From: a virus
Direction: 5' to 3' (one strand)
IMG/VR virus record: IMGVR_UViG_3300023178_001963
Length of the DNA: 64,000 nt
A program made the position numbers and the translations under genes. How positions within the stretch are numbered: the first letter of the stretch is position 1; each line of letters opens with the position of its first letter. Positions 1 through 9,655 of this stretch are shown piece after piece. Under the pieces are notes generated by a model. The model ran no database searches. It saw only the letters and a program-made list of their open reading frames with translations, and was not told the origin of the DNA.

Positions 1-1227
1 CTGCAGTGGAATGATAGAAAAGGTGAACTAGAACTTATTGCTAAAACTGTTATGCGTAAGAAAAATTTTAAAACATCTAATAAAGAATTCCCAGTGGAAT
101 CTCAGTTAAATGAAAATCCATTAGTTGCGGTAGCAATGAGAATATTAGCAAAAAAAGGAATTAAGATTGCTAAACATGTCATTCAAGGCATTATCAAAAA
201 TTCACCGCCCGGTGCTAGCCCAGAACAAATAGCAGCAACTATTGCTAAAGGTGTCGCAGCAGGTGGCGCCGCTACCGCAATAGCAAAGAAAACTAAAGAT
301 ACGTTAGATAATAAAGAAATAGCACAAGAACAACAATCTATAGGCTCTAAGATTAACTTCCCAGGAATGCAGGGCAAAACAGTGACGCCTACTGCCACAC
401 AAGCTCCAAAGCCGCAACCTAAAAAACCCAGAAATAGATTTGATAAGATTGTAAACTGGGCAAAAGGACTATTTGATGAAGATTTAAATGAAGACTTAGG
501 TTCTATACCTCCACTACCAGAACTTATTATTATGGCCGTGGCAGCACAAACTACTGTTGCTTCATTGAAATCTATGTTTAAAGTTGCTATCAAAACAGGT
601 AAAGGACTAAAGTCTCTGCGTAAGCTACAAAAAGCAGCACTACGTGGTGGTGAAAAAGCAGCAGACTTTGTTCTTGGGGAGGCGACACGTGAAGAATTAC
701 TTTTACAGATAAGAAGCAGACAAGAAAAAGAATTTTATAAAGCAGCAATACAAGCGTTACGACATCTAGTAAATACAGATAAATCAAAGCAAAGTATAGG
801 CGGGTATGCTTTTGATATAGCACGTGCTTTTAATGGTGTTAAAGCAAAAGAGCTAGTAGATATGTACAAAGCACAGTATGAAAGTATACAAGAGTTTGAA
901 GCGAAACAATCTAATCCATTAGTAGTGCTAGATATAGTTTCTGACAGAAGTGATAACAAGCCATTCCCAGTTAAGTTCTATGATGGTAATACTATTAACG
1001 TGAAGCCGAAAGAAGCAAAACGTTTTATGGACAAGTATTATAGAATGGAACCAGAACAGCGAGATATTGTACATAAGTATATAAAAACAAAAAAAGGTTT
1101 CATGCAGGCCATTAAAAATTTAAATATCACTGAAGGTTGGAGTAACAAGTACAAAAAGTCAATAGATTGCAATAACCCAAAAGGTTTTTCACAAAAAGCG
1201 CATTGTGCTGGAAGAAAGAAGAAGTAA
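1..1227 (+). CDS. 5'-truncated hypothetical protein, putative internal head/virion protein
   Basis: Frame is open from base 1 (LQWNDRKGELELIAKTV-MRKK...), so the ORF begins before the window. Repeated LNE/IQE/ITE motifs; C-terminal EGWSNKYKKSIDCNNPKGFSQKAHCAGRKKK module typical of large marine myovirus proteins. Confidence 0.55.
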   Translation: MQWNDRKGELELIAKTVMRKKNFKTSNKEFPVESQLNENPLVAVAMRILAKKGIKIAKHVIQGIIKNSPPGASPEQIAATIAKGVAAGGAATAIAKKTKDTLDNKEIAQEQQSIGSKINFPGMQGKTVTPTATQAPKPQPKKPRNRFDKIVNWAKGLFDEDLNEDLGSIPPLPELIIMAVAAQTTVASLKSMFKVAIKTGKGLKSLRKLQKAALRGGEKAADFVLGEATREELLLQIRSRQEKEFYKAAIQALRHLVNTDKSKQSIGGYAFDIARAFNGVKAKELVDMYKAQYESIQEFEAKQSNPLVVLDIVSDRSDNKPFPVKFYDGNTINVKPKEAKRFMDKYYRMEPEQRDIVHKYIKTKKGFMQAIKNLNITEGWSNKYKKSIDCNNPKGFSQKAHCAGRKKK

Positions 1228-2529
1228 ATGCGTTTCAGTGAAATAGAAAATATCAACGAAGGATATAAATTACAGTTAGAACGTGATGCTGATATGTATG
1301 TTCTACATATTACAGACAACGATACAGGTAAGCGCACAGAAGTTCGTGGTAAAAGCGGATACGAAAGCGGCAATTATGATGCCGATGACAAACTACATCA
1401 ATTACTAGATAAAATTGGCAAAGCATCAAACATTTCAGACTTAATGAACGGTGAAGTTGTAGGTATCAATCCTAAACACCCAGACGGTGCAAATGCAAAG
1501 AAACATACTGACATAGCGTTTAATGAGGATGTTAGTGTCCCTGAAAATGTTTTTCATATGAAAAACAGATTACTAAAAGTCAAAAAGATAACAGACGCTA
1601 TGGGCAACCGACCAATAATGTTTAGAAGTTTTGTATATGACGCAGAACCTGTTGCAAAAATTATTAAAAAAGTAACCAATGATACCGGCAGAAAAATAAA
1701 AACAGGAAGTAATCAAAAACAACAAGAAGTCTTGCAAAAACTTGGTATTGAAAATCCAACATTTGCAGCCATTGCATCAGGAAAGTATGCAAACGTTAAT
1801 AGAAACTCTCTTGAAGATATGGAAGTTTCTGGAATGCAAAATATTTTTATACCATTAAGTAATGAGATGTATTATAGTGACACAATTGAAGACCTGGGAA
1901 TGGGACGTAGTAAAGGCGGTAGAAATATTTCATTACCAAGTGACTTTGATGTAGATAAAGCAGTGGCTACCTATAAAAAAGGATGGCCGCCTGCTGGATT
2001 TGATAATGAAATAATTGTAGATACCAATGAATATTATCTTTTAAATCTGAGAACTTTCTTATTAGAACTAACAAGCCCAGAAATAAAAAGCCAGATTGGC
2101 CGTTTAAAAAGCATGTATGGTAAGTCATATGAACGCAAAGCAGAAGAAAATCATATTAATGATATTTTAAAAGATTTGTTCAAAACAAAAATAACCACAT
2201 ACGGCGATATATCACGCTGGATCGAATCTGTTGCTGTTCCTTTTGTAGATATGTTAGCAGCCAACAGAGGCGAACCTACAAAGAATACATATACTGATTA
2301 TGACGATGACGATGATAGTTGGCTCGATTCATTGGATGATATTGGCAAACCTGGATTTGCTGAAAACTTTGCTGACTTTACAGCATTCAACGAAGCAGCC
2401 GGAGTTGGTCGTGTTGTAAAAGGTGTAAATACAACTGTTGATGTAGGACCAAATGAAATCATCAAGCAAGTTAAAAAATACGGAAATGATGTCAATAAAG
2501 ACGGATTCCCAACAAAGCATTTAAGATAA
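1228..2529 (+). CDS. hypothetical protein, putative internal head protein
   Basis: 433 aa ORF; starts MRFSEIENINE; AFNE motifs; C-terminal EAAGVGRVVKGVNTTVDV module. Confidence 0.5.
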   Translation: MRFSEIENINEGYKLQLERDADMYVLHITDNDTGKRTEVRGKSGYESGNYDADDKLHQLLDKIGKASNISDLMNGEVVGINPKHPDGANAKKHTDIAFNEDVSVPENVFHMKNRLLKVKKITDAMGNRPIMFRSFVYDAEPVAKIIKKVTNDTGRKIKTGSNQKQQEVLQKLGIENPTFAAIASGKYANVNRNSLEDMEVSGMQNIFIPLSNEMYYSDTIEDLGMGRSKGGRNISLPSDFDVDKAVATYKKGWPPAGFDNEIIVDTNEYYLLNLRTFLLELTSPEIKSQIGRLKSMYGKSYERKAEENHINDILKDLFKTKITTYGDISRWIESVAVPFVDMLAANRGEPTKNTYTDYDDDDDSWLDSLDDIGKPGFAENFADFTAFNEAAGVGRVVKGVNTTVDVGPNEIIKQVKKYGNDVNKDGFPTKHLR

Positions 2530-2553
2530 AACTACACATATTTTACTTAAATG

Positions 2554-2560
2554 ATAAATA
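2554..2560 (+). promoter_or_regulatory. T4-like late promoter core ATAAATA
   Basis: GATAAATA 5 nt upstream of ATG 2566; resembles T4 late consensus TATAAATA. Confidence 0.6.
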
Positions 2561-2565
2561 CTATT

Positions 2566-2769
2566 ATGAAAATAAACGAGATCATAAATGAAACGTTTGC
2601 CGGATCCTTTGCATCGGTTTCTATGCCAATGACACCTGGTACAAAAAAGTCTGATGCTGAACGTTCAGTATATGGTAGAAAGAAAAAAAATTATAAGATG
2701 GGTTATACATCAGATGTAGGTAATCTAGTATATAATAAACCTGTTAAAAGTAAAATGATTAAAAGATAA
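2566..2769 (+). CDS. small hypothetical protein (putative virion internal protein)
   Basis: MKINEIINETFAGSFASV...; start moved from 2551 to 2566 to sit after the late promoter. Confidence 0.55.
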   Translation: MKINEIINETFAGSFASVSMPMTPGTKKSDAERSVYGRKKKNYKMGYTSDVGNLVYNKPVKSKMIKR

Positions 2770-2780
2770 GGTAGAATAAA

Positions 2781-4451
2781 ATGAAACTGTCACAACTAAT
2801 CGAATCTTTTGTAATCTCTAATGACGAATTTGAAGATTACCTAAATAGAGCAACAGAACAACTAGCACAAGAGTTGTCATCTGGTAAGAACGCACGTGAT
2901 GCGATACATGACTTATCAGTAGAATTCAGTAACCAACATAACAAAGCATATGATGCTTATGTTCGTATGTCAGACTCACTAACAGCGAGAATGCATACAC
3001 TAGAACTAGATAGTCCTGCCGATATGATGAACGAGCCAATGGCAGATATGAGTGTTGCTAATGAACCAGAAATGATGACAGACCCAATGGGTGATATGGA
3101 AATGGACACACCAGCAGATAGCGAAATGCCAAGTGACAGTGACATGGAAGATTATGCTGCGGTGATGGACAACGAACCAGAAGTAGAAGAATCTGTAAAC
3201 GAAGCAGAAGAAAGACCATATGTTTGTGTACATGCTAAAAAGGGTAAGCACGAATGCCACGCTAAAACATCTTATGAAGCAGCTAAGAAAGCAGCTAAAG
3301 CGTGGGGGTTAAAATCAACAGCAGGAATTGATGCGCACCTAGCAATTGAAGAAGGTCGCATGAGCGATCAAGTCATTCATGATTCAGAAACAATGTCGAA
3401 AGAAGAATTTGCTAAAAAACACGGCAAAGAACTAGCAGACGAAATGTATGAAGGTGCAATGGATGTTGTCAAGGGTGCAGGCAAGAAAATTAAAAAAGCA
3501 GGTAAAAAGGTTGGCAAATTCTTTGGTCACGGTGAACACCCAGCATTTGATGAGTTTGAAGGTGTCTTTGATGAGAGCGAAAAACTTGATGCTTCAAAAT
3601 ACCATTGTAAAGATTGTGGATGCCAAATGCATAACTGTGAGCCAGATTGTGACTGCGAACATGACTCACATGATGAAACAGGTTCATGGTGGCGTGATGA
3701 AAATGGTAATGGTGTTCCTGATATGATGGAAGACGGTGGAAAGCCAGGCACATGGTGTGCTATTTGTGGTGGACACCCATGTCATTGTCCAGATGATGAA
3801 ATTTCAGAAAGCATGGATGTAATCAATCAAATAGTAGCAGACAAGCAAGCTGGTAAACTACATGGTATGACAGTTGATATGTTTACAGCATCAGCAATTA
3901 AACAAGTTTATGACGCAGTAAATGATGACAACAAAGCAAAGCTAGACGACCTAATGTCATCTAAAGAAGGTGTTGTTAAAGCAGCAGGTCTTGCTATGAA
4001 AATGATGAAAGAAGGAATCAACGAAGAAAAACTTGATGAAATTCTTCCAGCGATTGCAGGAATGGCAGCACGTTTAGCGATAGGTGGTGCTGTAAGAGGA
4101 GCAATAGGCGGGGCAGCAAAAGGTGTCGGTGGTGTTATAAAAAACACTATGACAAAAGGTAAAGACAAATACGCTTATCAGCCACAAGCGGTAGCAAATA
4201 AAATGATGACAGATGCGACTAGAATTGAGTTCTCAGAATATAACGAGTTCTACAAAGCATTAGACGCAGCAGCAAAAGCAGGCAAAAAAGCAGGTGACAG
4301 TATTGAAGTTGGTGGTAAAACTATCAAACTAAAATCAAACCCAAAACAAATGCATCAACTATCAGATTCAGATATGGATAAGATAGAATTACTAGCACAG
4401 CGTTTGAATGAAAAGGGCTGTGGGTCACACAAATCTAAAAATAAGTATTGA
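2781..4451 (+). CDS. acidic modular hypothetical protein, putative internal head protein with Cys/His-rich modules
   Basis: 556 aa; AAGG SD; many x-x-E motifs (LIE, VNE, IEE, MYE, ISE, INE, LDE, LNE); CxxC clusters. Confidence 0.55.
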   Translation: MKLSQLIESFVISNDEFEDYLNRATEQLAQELSSGKNARDAIHDLSVEFSNQHNKAYDAYVRMSDSLTARMHTLELDSPADMMNEPMADMSVANEPEMMTDPMGDMEMDTPADSEMPSDSDMEDYAAVMDNEPEVEESVNEAEERPYVCVHAKKGKHECHAKTSYEAAKKAAKAWGLKSTAGIDAHLAIEEGRMSDQVIHDSETMSKEEFAKKHGKELADEMYEGAMDVVKGAGKKIKKAGKKVGKFFGHGEHPAFDEFEGVFDESEKLDASKYHCKDCGCQMHNCEPDCDCEHDSHDETGSWWRDENGNGVPDMMEDGGKPGTWCAICGGHPCHCPDDEISESMDVINQIVADKQAGKLHGMTVDMFTASAIKQVYDAVNDDNKAKLDDLMSSKEGVVKAAGLAMKMMKEGINEEKLDEILPAIAGMAARLAIGGAVRGAIGGAAKGVGGVIKNTMTKGKDKYAYQPQAVANKMMTDATRIEFSEYNEFYKALDAAAKAGKKAGDSIEVGGKTIKLKSNPKQMHQLSDSDMDKIELLAQRLNEKGCGSHKSKNKY

Positions 4452-4476
4452 CATTAATACGCCTCTGTGTTATCTT
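4448..4476 (+). promoter_or_regulatory. sigma70-type promoter
   Basis: TTGACA(4448)-17 nt-TATCTT(4471) with TG extension. Confidence 0.55.
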
Positions 4477-4508
4477 AAAGGGGACTCAATTCTGAGTTCC
4501 CTTTTTTT
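4477..4508 (+). terminator. Rho-independent terminator
   Basis: AAAGGGGACTCA-ATTC-TGAGTTCCCTTT hairpin followed by a T run. Confidence 0.75.
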
Positions 4509-4530
4509 ATGATCTTATGAGGAGAATAAC

Positions 4531-4791
4531 ATGTCATTAGATAATATTTCAAGCGAAGAAAAAGCAAAACTAAAACAGCTTGTAGACGAGGGATGTTCAG
4601 TTCTACAAGAAGTGGATGACCTTAAAGGTGGTCTGCGGGATACTGTAAAAGCTATCGCAGAAGAACTTGACATCAAACCTTCAGTTCTAAATAAAGCAAT
4701 TTCAATCGCACACAAAGCACGCCTACAAGAGGCGAAACAAGACTTTGATGATGTAGAAACTGTATTAGAAACTGTAGGACGCACATTGTAA
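4531..4791 (+). CDS. dsDNA-binding protein, T4 DsbA / GapR (DUF2312)-like
   Basis: 86 aa helical protein KLKQLVDEG...EVDDLKGGLRDTVKAIAEELDIKPSVLNKAISIAHK; GAGGAG SD. Confidence 0.55.
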   Translation: MSLDNISSEEKAKLKQLVDEGCSVLQEVDDLKGGLRDTVKAIAEELDIKPSVLNKAISIAHKARLQEAKQDFDDVETVLETVGRTL

Positions 4792-7587
4792 ATGAGTTAT
4801 GTAGACGCATACTACGATAAAAATAAAGACATCGTAAATGTTGTTGAACGCCGTGACGGGAAGCGGGTATATCAGGACTTCCCGGCTTGGCGTACATTCT
4901 ATGTGCGTGACGATAGAGGACAACATACTTCTATTCACGGTGAGAAAGTTCGTCAAATCAAAGTAAAAAGAACTAAAGATATGCATAAAGAACTGCGTAT
5001 CAATAGCGACAAAAAGATTTACGAAAGCGACATTAAGCCAGAAGTTCGTTGTTTAGCAGAGAACTATCTTGGTAAAGACTCGCCGAAACTGAATGTAGCG
5101 TTTTTCGATATCGAGGTAGACTTTGATGCGGACAAAGGATTTGCTCCGCCCGAAGATCCATTCATGCCAATCACAGCGATTACAACACATCTACAATGGC
5201 TAGATCAACTTGTAACGTTTGTAATTCCACCTGTTCATATGCGTGACGGTGAAGGACTAGAAGAAGCACAGCGACTATGTGATAAATTTGAGAATACATT
5301 CTTGTATCTCTCAGAAGCGGATATGTTAAATGACTTCTTAGCGTTGATTGACGATGCTGATGTCCTCAGTGGTTGGAACAGTGAAGGTTTCGATATTCCA
5401 TACACTGTTAGACGTATCACACGTGTTCTCAGTAAGTCGCATACTCGTAAACTTTGTTTGTGGGATTTGCTTCCTAAAGAAAAATACATGATTAAGTATG
5501 GTAAAGAACAAGTCAGTTATAACTTGTTTGGTCGTATTCACCTCGACTACCTAGAACTTTATCGCAAGTATACATATCATGAAATGCATTCTTATTCACT
5601 TGATGCTATCGGTGAGTATGAACTTGGTGAGCGCAAGATTGCGTATGAAGGCACACTTGACCAACTATATAACCAGGACTTCTATAAGTTTGTCGAATAT
5701 AACAGACAAGACGTTGCCCTACTTGATAACTTAGACAAGAAACTACGTTTCATTGACTTGGCTAACGAGATTGCGCACGATAATACTGTGAATATTCAGA
5801 CAACTATGGGTGCTGTTGCTGTTACTGAACAAGCAATTATCAACGAGGCGCACAGACGTGGTATGGTTGTTCCTGATCGTAAAAAACGTAGTTGGGATGT
5901 CGAGGATGATGATTATGAACCCACTGCTGAAGAAGAAGAAGCAGCAGAAGCACAAAAAGCAGCGGGTGCGTTTGTTGCTAATCCACAGATTGGCATTCAA
6001 AAGTGGGTAGCGGGTATTGATATTAACTCACTTTATCCATCTATCATTCGTGCGTTAAACATGAGTCCTGAAACTATTACAGCGCAACTACGTCCTGATT
6101 ATACAGACGAAATGATACAGTCTCGTATTCGAAAAGGACGTGGTGGTACTAATAAAGGTTTCGGTGCAGCGCAAGCATGGGAAGATACATTCTCTACAGA
6201 AGAATTTCGTTTTATGAATGAAAAAGATAAGACGAATATGATGCACCTAGATATGGAAAATGGCGAACACCACGAACTTACTGGTGCTGAAATGTACGAC
6301 TTAGTTTATAACTCAGGACTGCCTTGGGCTATGAGTGCGAACGGAACTGTGTTCAAACAAGATATTCAAGGTATCATTCCTAGTTTGCTAGAACGTTGGT
6401 ACGCCGAACGTAAAGTTCTACAAGCAAATAAAAAGAAAGCACAAGAAGGTGGTGACGCAGAAGAAATCGCATTCTGGGATAAACGTCAGCTAGTGAAAAA
6501 GATTAACTTGAACTCCCTATATGGTGCGATTCTTAATCAGGGTTGTCGTTTCTACGACAAGCGCATCGGTCAGTCAACTACTCTGTCTGGTCGTTGTATT
6601 ACACGACATATGGGAAGCAAGACTAATGAGATTATCGATGGGACTTACGACTATAAAGGTCGCTCAGTAATCTATGGTGACACAGACTCTATCTACTATT
6701 CAATGTATCCGACATTTCAGAAAGAGATTGATAACGGTGAGATTGAATGGGACAAAGAGATTGCGTTAACAATGTATGACGAAATCGCTAATCAAGTGAA
6801 CGCAAGTTTTCCAGACTTTATGAAAGACTTCTTTAACTGTCCTCGCAAGCAAGGTGAGATTATCGCAGCAGGTCGTGAAAACTTAGCAACAATGGCTATC
6901 TTTATTAAGAAGAAACGCTATGCTATGTTAATTTACGATGATGATGGTGTGCGCCGTGATGTAGATGGTAAACCCGGTAAAGTGAAAGCTATGGGTCTTG
7001 ACTTGAAGCGAAGCGATACTCCAGACTATATGCAGAAGTTCTTAATGGATGTTCTTGTTAAAGTTCTGACAGGCGGTAACCAAGATAATGTCGTTGATAT
7101 GGTCAAAGACTTTAAGAAAGACTTCCGTGAAAAGCCTGGCTGGGAGAAAGGTACTCCTAAGCGGGTAAACAACTTGACAAAGTTTAAGAACGATGTTGCG
7201 AAGTTTAAGAAAGCACAGAATGCAGACTTCAAACTACGCAGTTCAGAAGACAAGTTGAAAAAGCCACATCTTCCAGGACATGTTAGCGCAGCCTTGAATT
7301 GGAATACTCTGCGTGATATGAACAGCGACAGATATTCACTTGAGATTGTAGACGGTATGAAAACTATCGTATGCAAACTAAAAGACAACCCAATGAAAAT
7401 GACTAGTGTTGCGTATCCGATTGATGAAACACGCATCCCACAATGGTTCCAAGAACTTCCGTTCGACCATGACTTGATGGAAACAACAATCATTGATAAA
7501 AAGATTGACAACTTGATTGGTGTTCTAAAGTGGGATTTGAGCGCAGCAAGCACTAGTGAGCAATTTGACAACTTATTTGATTTCTAA
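4792..7587 (+). CDS. family B DNA polymerase (T4 gp43-like)
   Basis: Exo motifs FFDIEV, GWNSEGFDIPY, YNRQDV; Pol motifs DINSLYPS, KINLNSLYG, YGDTDS, KKRYA. Confidence 0.97.
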   Translation: MSYVDAYYDKNKDIVNVVERRDGKRVYQDFPAWRTFYVRDDRGQHTSIHGEKVRQIKVKRTKDMHKELRINSDKKIYESDIKPEVRCLAENYLGKDSPKLNVAFFDIEVDFDADKGFAPPEDPFMPITAITTHLQWLDQLVTFVIPPVHMRDGEGLEEAQRLCDKFENTFLYLSEADMLNDFLALIDDADVLSGWNSEGFDIPYTVRRITRVLSKSHTRKLCLWDLLPKEKYMIKYGKEQVSYNLFGRIHLDYLELYRKYTYHEMHSYSLDAIGEYELGERKIAYEGTLDQLYNQDFYKFVEYNRQDVALLDNLDKKLRFIDLANEIAHDNTVNIQTTMGAVAVTEQAIINEAHRRGMVVPDRKKRSWDVEDDDYEPTAEEEEAAEAQKAAGAFVANPQIGIQKWVAGIDINSLYPSIIRALNMSPETITAQLRPDYTDEMIQSRIRKGRGGTNKGFGAAQAWEDTFSTEEFRFMNEKDKTNMMHLDMENGEHHELTGAEMYDLVYNSGLPWAMSANGTVFKQDIQGIIPSLLERWYAERKVLQANKKKAQEGGDAEEIAFWDKRQLVKKINLNSLYGAILNQGCRFYDKRIGQSTTLSGRCITRHMGSKTNEIIDGTYDYKGRSVIYGDTDSIYYSMYPTFQKEIDNGEIEWDKEIALTMYDEIANQVNASFPDFMKDFFNCPRKQGEIIAAGRENLATMAIFIKKKRYAMLIYDDDGVRRDVDGKPGKVKAMGLDLKRSDTPDYMQKFLMDVLVKVLTGGNQDNVVDMVKDFKKDFREKPGWEKGTPKRVNNLTKFKNDVAKFKKAQNADFKLRSSEDKLKKPHLPGHVSAALNWNTLRDMNSDRYSLEIVDGMKTIVCKLKDNPMKMTSVAYPIDETRIPQWFQELPFDHDLMETTIIDKKIDNLIGVLKWDLSAASTSEQFDNLFDF

Positions 7588-8162
7588 TGGCAAAAAAGAC
7601 ACACTTAGAACTAGTACAAAACTTAGGTAGGAACGCAGCATCAGACGAGTGCTATACACCACCTGATAGTGTTGAACCTTTATTGAAGTACTTAGACAAA
7701 GATGCGACTTACTACGAAGCAACAAGTGGTAAGTCAGGTCTTATTGTAGAAGGGTTTACCAAATTCGGTTACAAGATTGAACCAAGTAACGGTAAAGATT
7801 TCTTTGAATGCGCACCAAGTGATGTGTATGATGGAGTAATCACAAACCCGCCCTACTCACTAAAAGATAAGTTTATCCGACATTGCTATGATTTGGGTAA
7901 ACCTTTTGCTCTATTCTTACCAGTAGCAAGTTTTCAAGGCTCTGCCCGTGGTAAGATGTTTATGGAGTATGGTATGTCAGCATTAGTGTACAACAATCGT
8001 GTTGACTTCACTGGAGGAGGATCCCCACCATTCGGCAACGCTTGGTTCATACATGGATTTTTGCCTCCTAATACAATATACTGGGTTGACAATCCATCAA
8101 CAGCAAACCCAAGAAAAGAAAAACCTAATGAAACCTCAGTATTTGATGATTTATTTGAATAA
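7587..8162 (+). CDS. DNA N6-adenine methyltransferase
   Basis: DECYTP motif X, EATSGKSG motif I-like, TNPPYS catalytic motif IV. Confidence 0.75.
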   Translation: MAKKTHLELVQNLGRNAASDECYTPPDSVEPLLKYLDKDATYYEATSGKSGLIVEGFTKFGYKIEPSNGKDFFECAPSDVYDGVITNPPYSLKDKFIRHCYDLGKPFALFLPVASFQGSARGKMFMEYGMSALVYNNRVDFTGGGSPPFGNAWFIHGFLPPNTIYWVDNPSTANPRKEKPNETSVFDDLFE

Positions 8163-8247
8163 AACAGTAGGCGAACACCAATTCAACTCTTGACGAAACA
8201 CTAGTAACTATGATAGATTCGAATCACTATACATAGAAAGGTATAAA

Positions 8248-8865
8248 ATGGCACGTAAACCAAAACACAAGGAACTTGACTTATATGACTACTCAGGTGT
8301 TATAACTGGATCCATTAAAATAGAAACAAACAACGAAGATAAAATCGGTAGACACCTTGAGGAAGTGATTGCTAACCAATGTGATGCGAAACTAGACCTG
8401 TTTGACGAACCTGATTTACCAGAAGTGGGCGTAGGTATAAAAACCGGAAACTATAATGTAAAACAAACTACAGTAGGAACAATTTCACATAATAGATTTT
8501 CTGATATGAGTGAGGATCAGCGATATGAATGGTTTAAAAAACATACTGAACATTGGCATTATGTGGATCGCTATGATGAATTAGGATTAACTGGTGGTTC
8601 TTATAATATCAACGCAGCCGAAGGTTCTCATGGCGGTGAGCTATACAAAGAACAGTTTGAACAAATCTGTAGAAAAATAGATAACACATCTAAGGTGGAT
8701 CTAGATACTGACCCACGTAACTGGCCAAGATTGACATCAGACGATAAAGGGATGTGGGGAGAATACAATAAAAACACTGGATCTTGGAGAATTAGAATCA
8801 GTAAAAAAAATCGTAGAACGATAGAAAAAAGAGATAATACATTTGACAAACACTTTAATATGTGA
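8248..8865 (+). CDS. hypothetical protein, possible PD-(D/E)xK-like nuclease
   Basis: IGRHLEE...EPDLPEVGVGIKT resembles a restriction-type core but lacks the canonical E/D before K; GAAAGG SD. Confidence 0.35.
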   Translation: MARKPKHKELDLYDYSGVITGSIKIETNNEDKIGRHLEEVIANQCDAKLDLFDEPDLPEVGVGIKTGNYNVKQTTVGTISHNRFSDMSEDQRYEWFKKHTEHWHYVDRYDELGLTGGSYNINAAEGSHGGELYKEQFEQICRKIDNTSKVDLDTDPRNWPRLTSDDKGMWGEYNKNTGSWRIRISKKNRRTIEKRDNTFDKHFNM

Positions 8866-8871
8866 TATAGT
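8843..8871 (+). promoter_or_regulatory. sigma70-type promoter
   Basis: TTGACA(8843)-17-TATAGT(8866), TG extension, then AGGAG SD. Confidence 0.65.
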
Positions 8872-8896
8872 AAGAGTAATAATATAGGAGAACGCA

Positions 8897-9652
8897 ATGC
8901 GTGACATTTTAAAAGATATTGTGAAACACACACATTCGCTTGGTATCATTCAAGCAGTAAAAGTAACAACAGATGATGAAGCAACAACACTAGATGCGAT
9001 GGATGACGACCGCACAGTTGTTCTTCGTGCTAAACTACATAATCGTGTTCCTGACTTTGCAGGTAAGTTCGGTCTAGGTCGTCTCGGTGTTCTATCTGGT
9101 TATCTAGGATATGAAAGCCGTAACAATGAAGGTGAAGCAGTAACAACACATGTTGAGATTGGTCGTCAAGAACGTAATGGTGAAGAAGTTCCAACAGAAT
9201 TCAACTTCACTATTCCAGGCATTATGAATGCTAACTATCGTGTAATCGTGTCAGAACTAGTTGATGCTCAGATTAAAACAGCAAACTTCAAAGGGGCGAA
9301 GTGGGATGTAGAAATCATGCCGACACAGCAAGCGGTCAAAGACTTGCAACAGACAGCAGCTATTCTATCAGCATACGATCCTCTATTCACAGTTCGTACA
9401 GTAGATGGGGATCTACAGTTCACAATCGGCGATGCGTCAACAGATAAAGCAGACTTGACATTCGCACGTAATGTAAATGGTGAACTAAAGTCAGGTTGGT
9501 CATTCCCACTATCAACAGTTCTAACTATTCTGAAACTAGGTGACACATCAACAATGAGCATCAAAATCTCAGATCAAGGTGCTATGATGATTCAAGTAGA
9601 TTCAGGCATCGGTATGTATGAATACATTCTACCAGCTAAATCAGGAAATTAA
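8897..9652 (+). CDS. DNA polymerase sliding clamp (gp45-like)
   Basis: 251 aa, size and alternating beta/alpha pattern of a clamp, C-terminal YEYILPA; located in the replication cluster. Confidence 0.65.
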   Translation: MRDILKDIVKHTHSLGIIQAVKVTTDDEATTLDAMDDDRTVVLRAKLHNRVPDFAGKFGLGRLGVLSGYLGYESRNNEGEAVTTHVEIGRQERNGEEVPTEFNFTIPGIMNANYRVIVSELVDAQIKTANFKGAKWDVEIMPTQQAVKDLQQTAAILSAYDPLFTVRTVDGDLQFTIGDASTDKADLTFARNVNGELKSGWSFPLSTVLTILKLGDTSTMSIKISDQGAMMIQVDSGIGMYEYILPAKSGN

Positions 9653-9655
9653 TTA

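Noticed and set aside
4792-7587. Intein or intron in the DNA polymerase
   Set aside because: Length (931 aa) and motif spacing fit an uninterrupted PolB with ordinary insertions; no intein C/S...HN signature or LAGLIDADG seen
8190-8230. A sixth CGAATC-type early promoter
   Set aside because: CGAATC lies about 25 nt after TTGACG rather than within a 16-17 nt spacer, so it does not fit the fixed architecture
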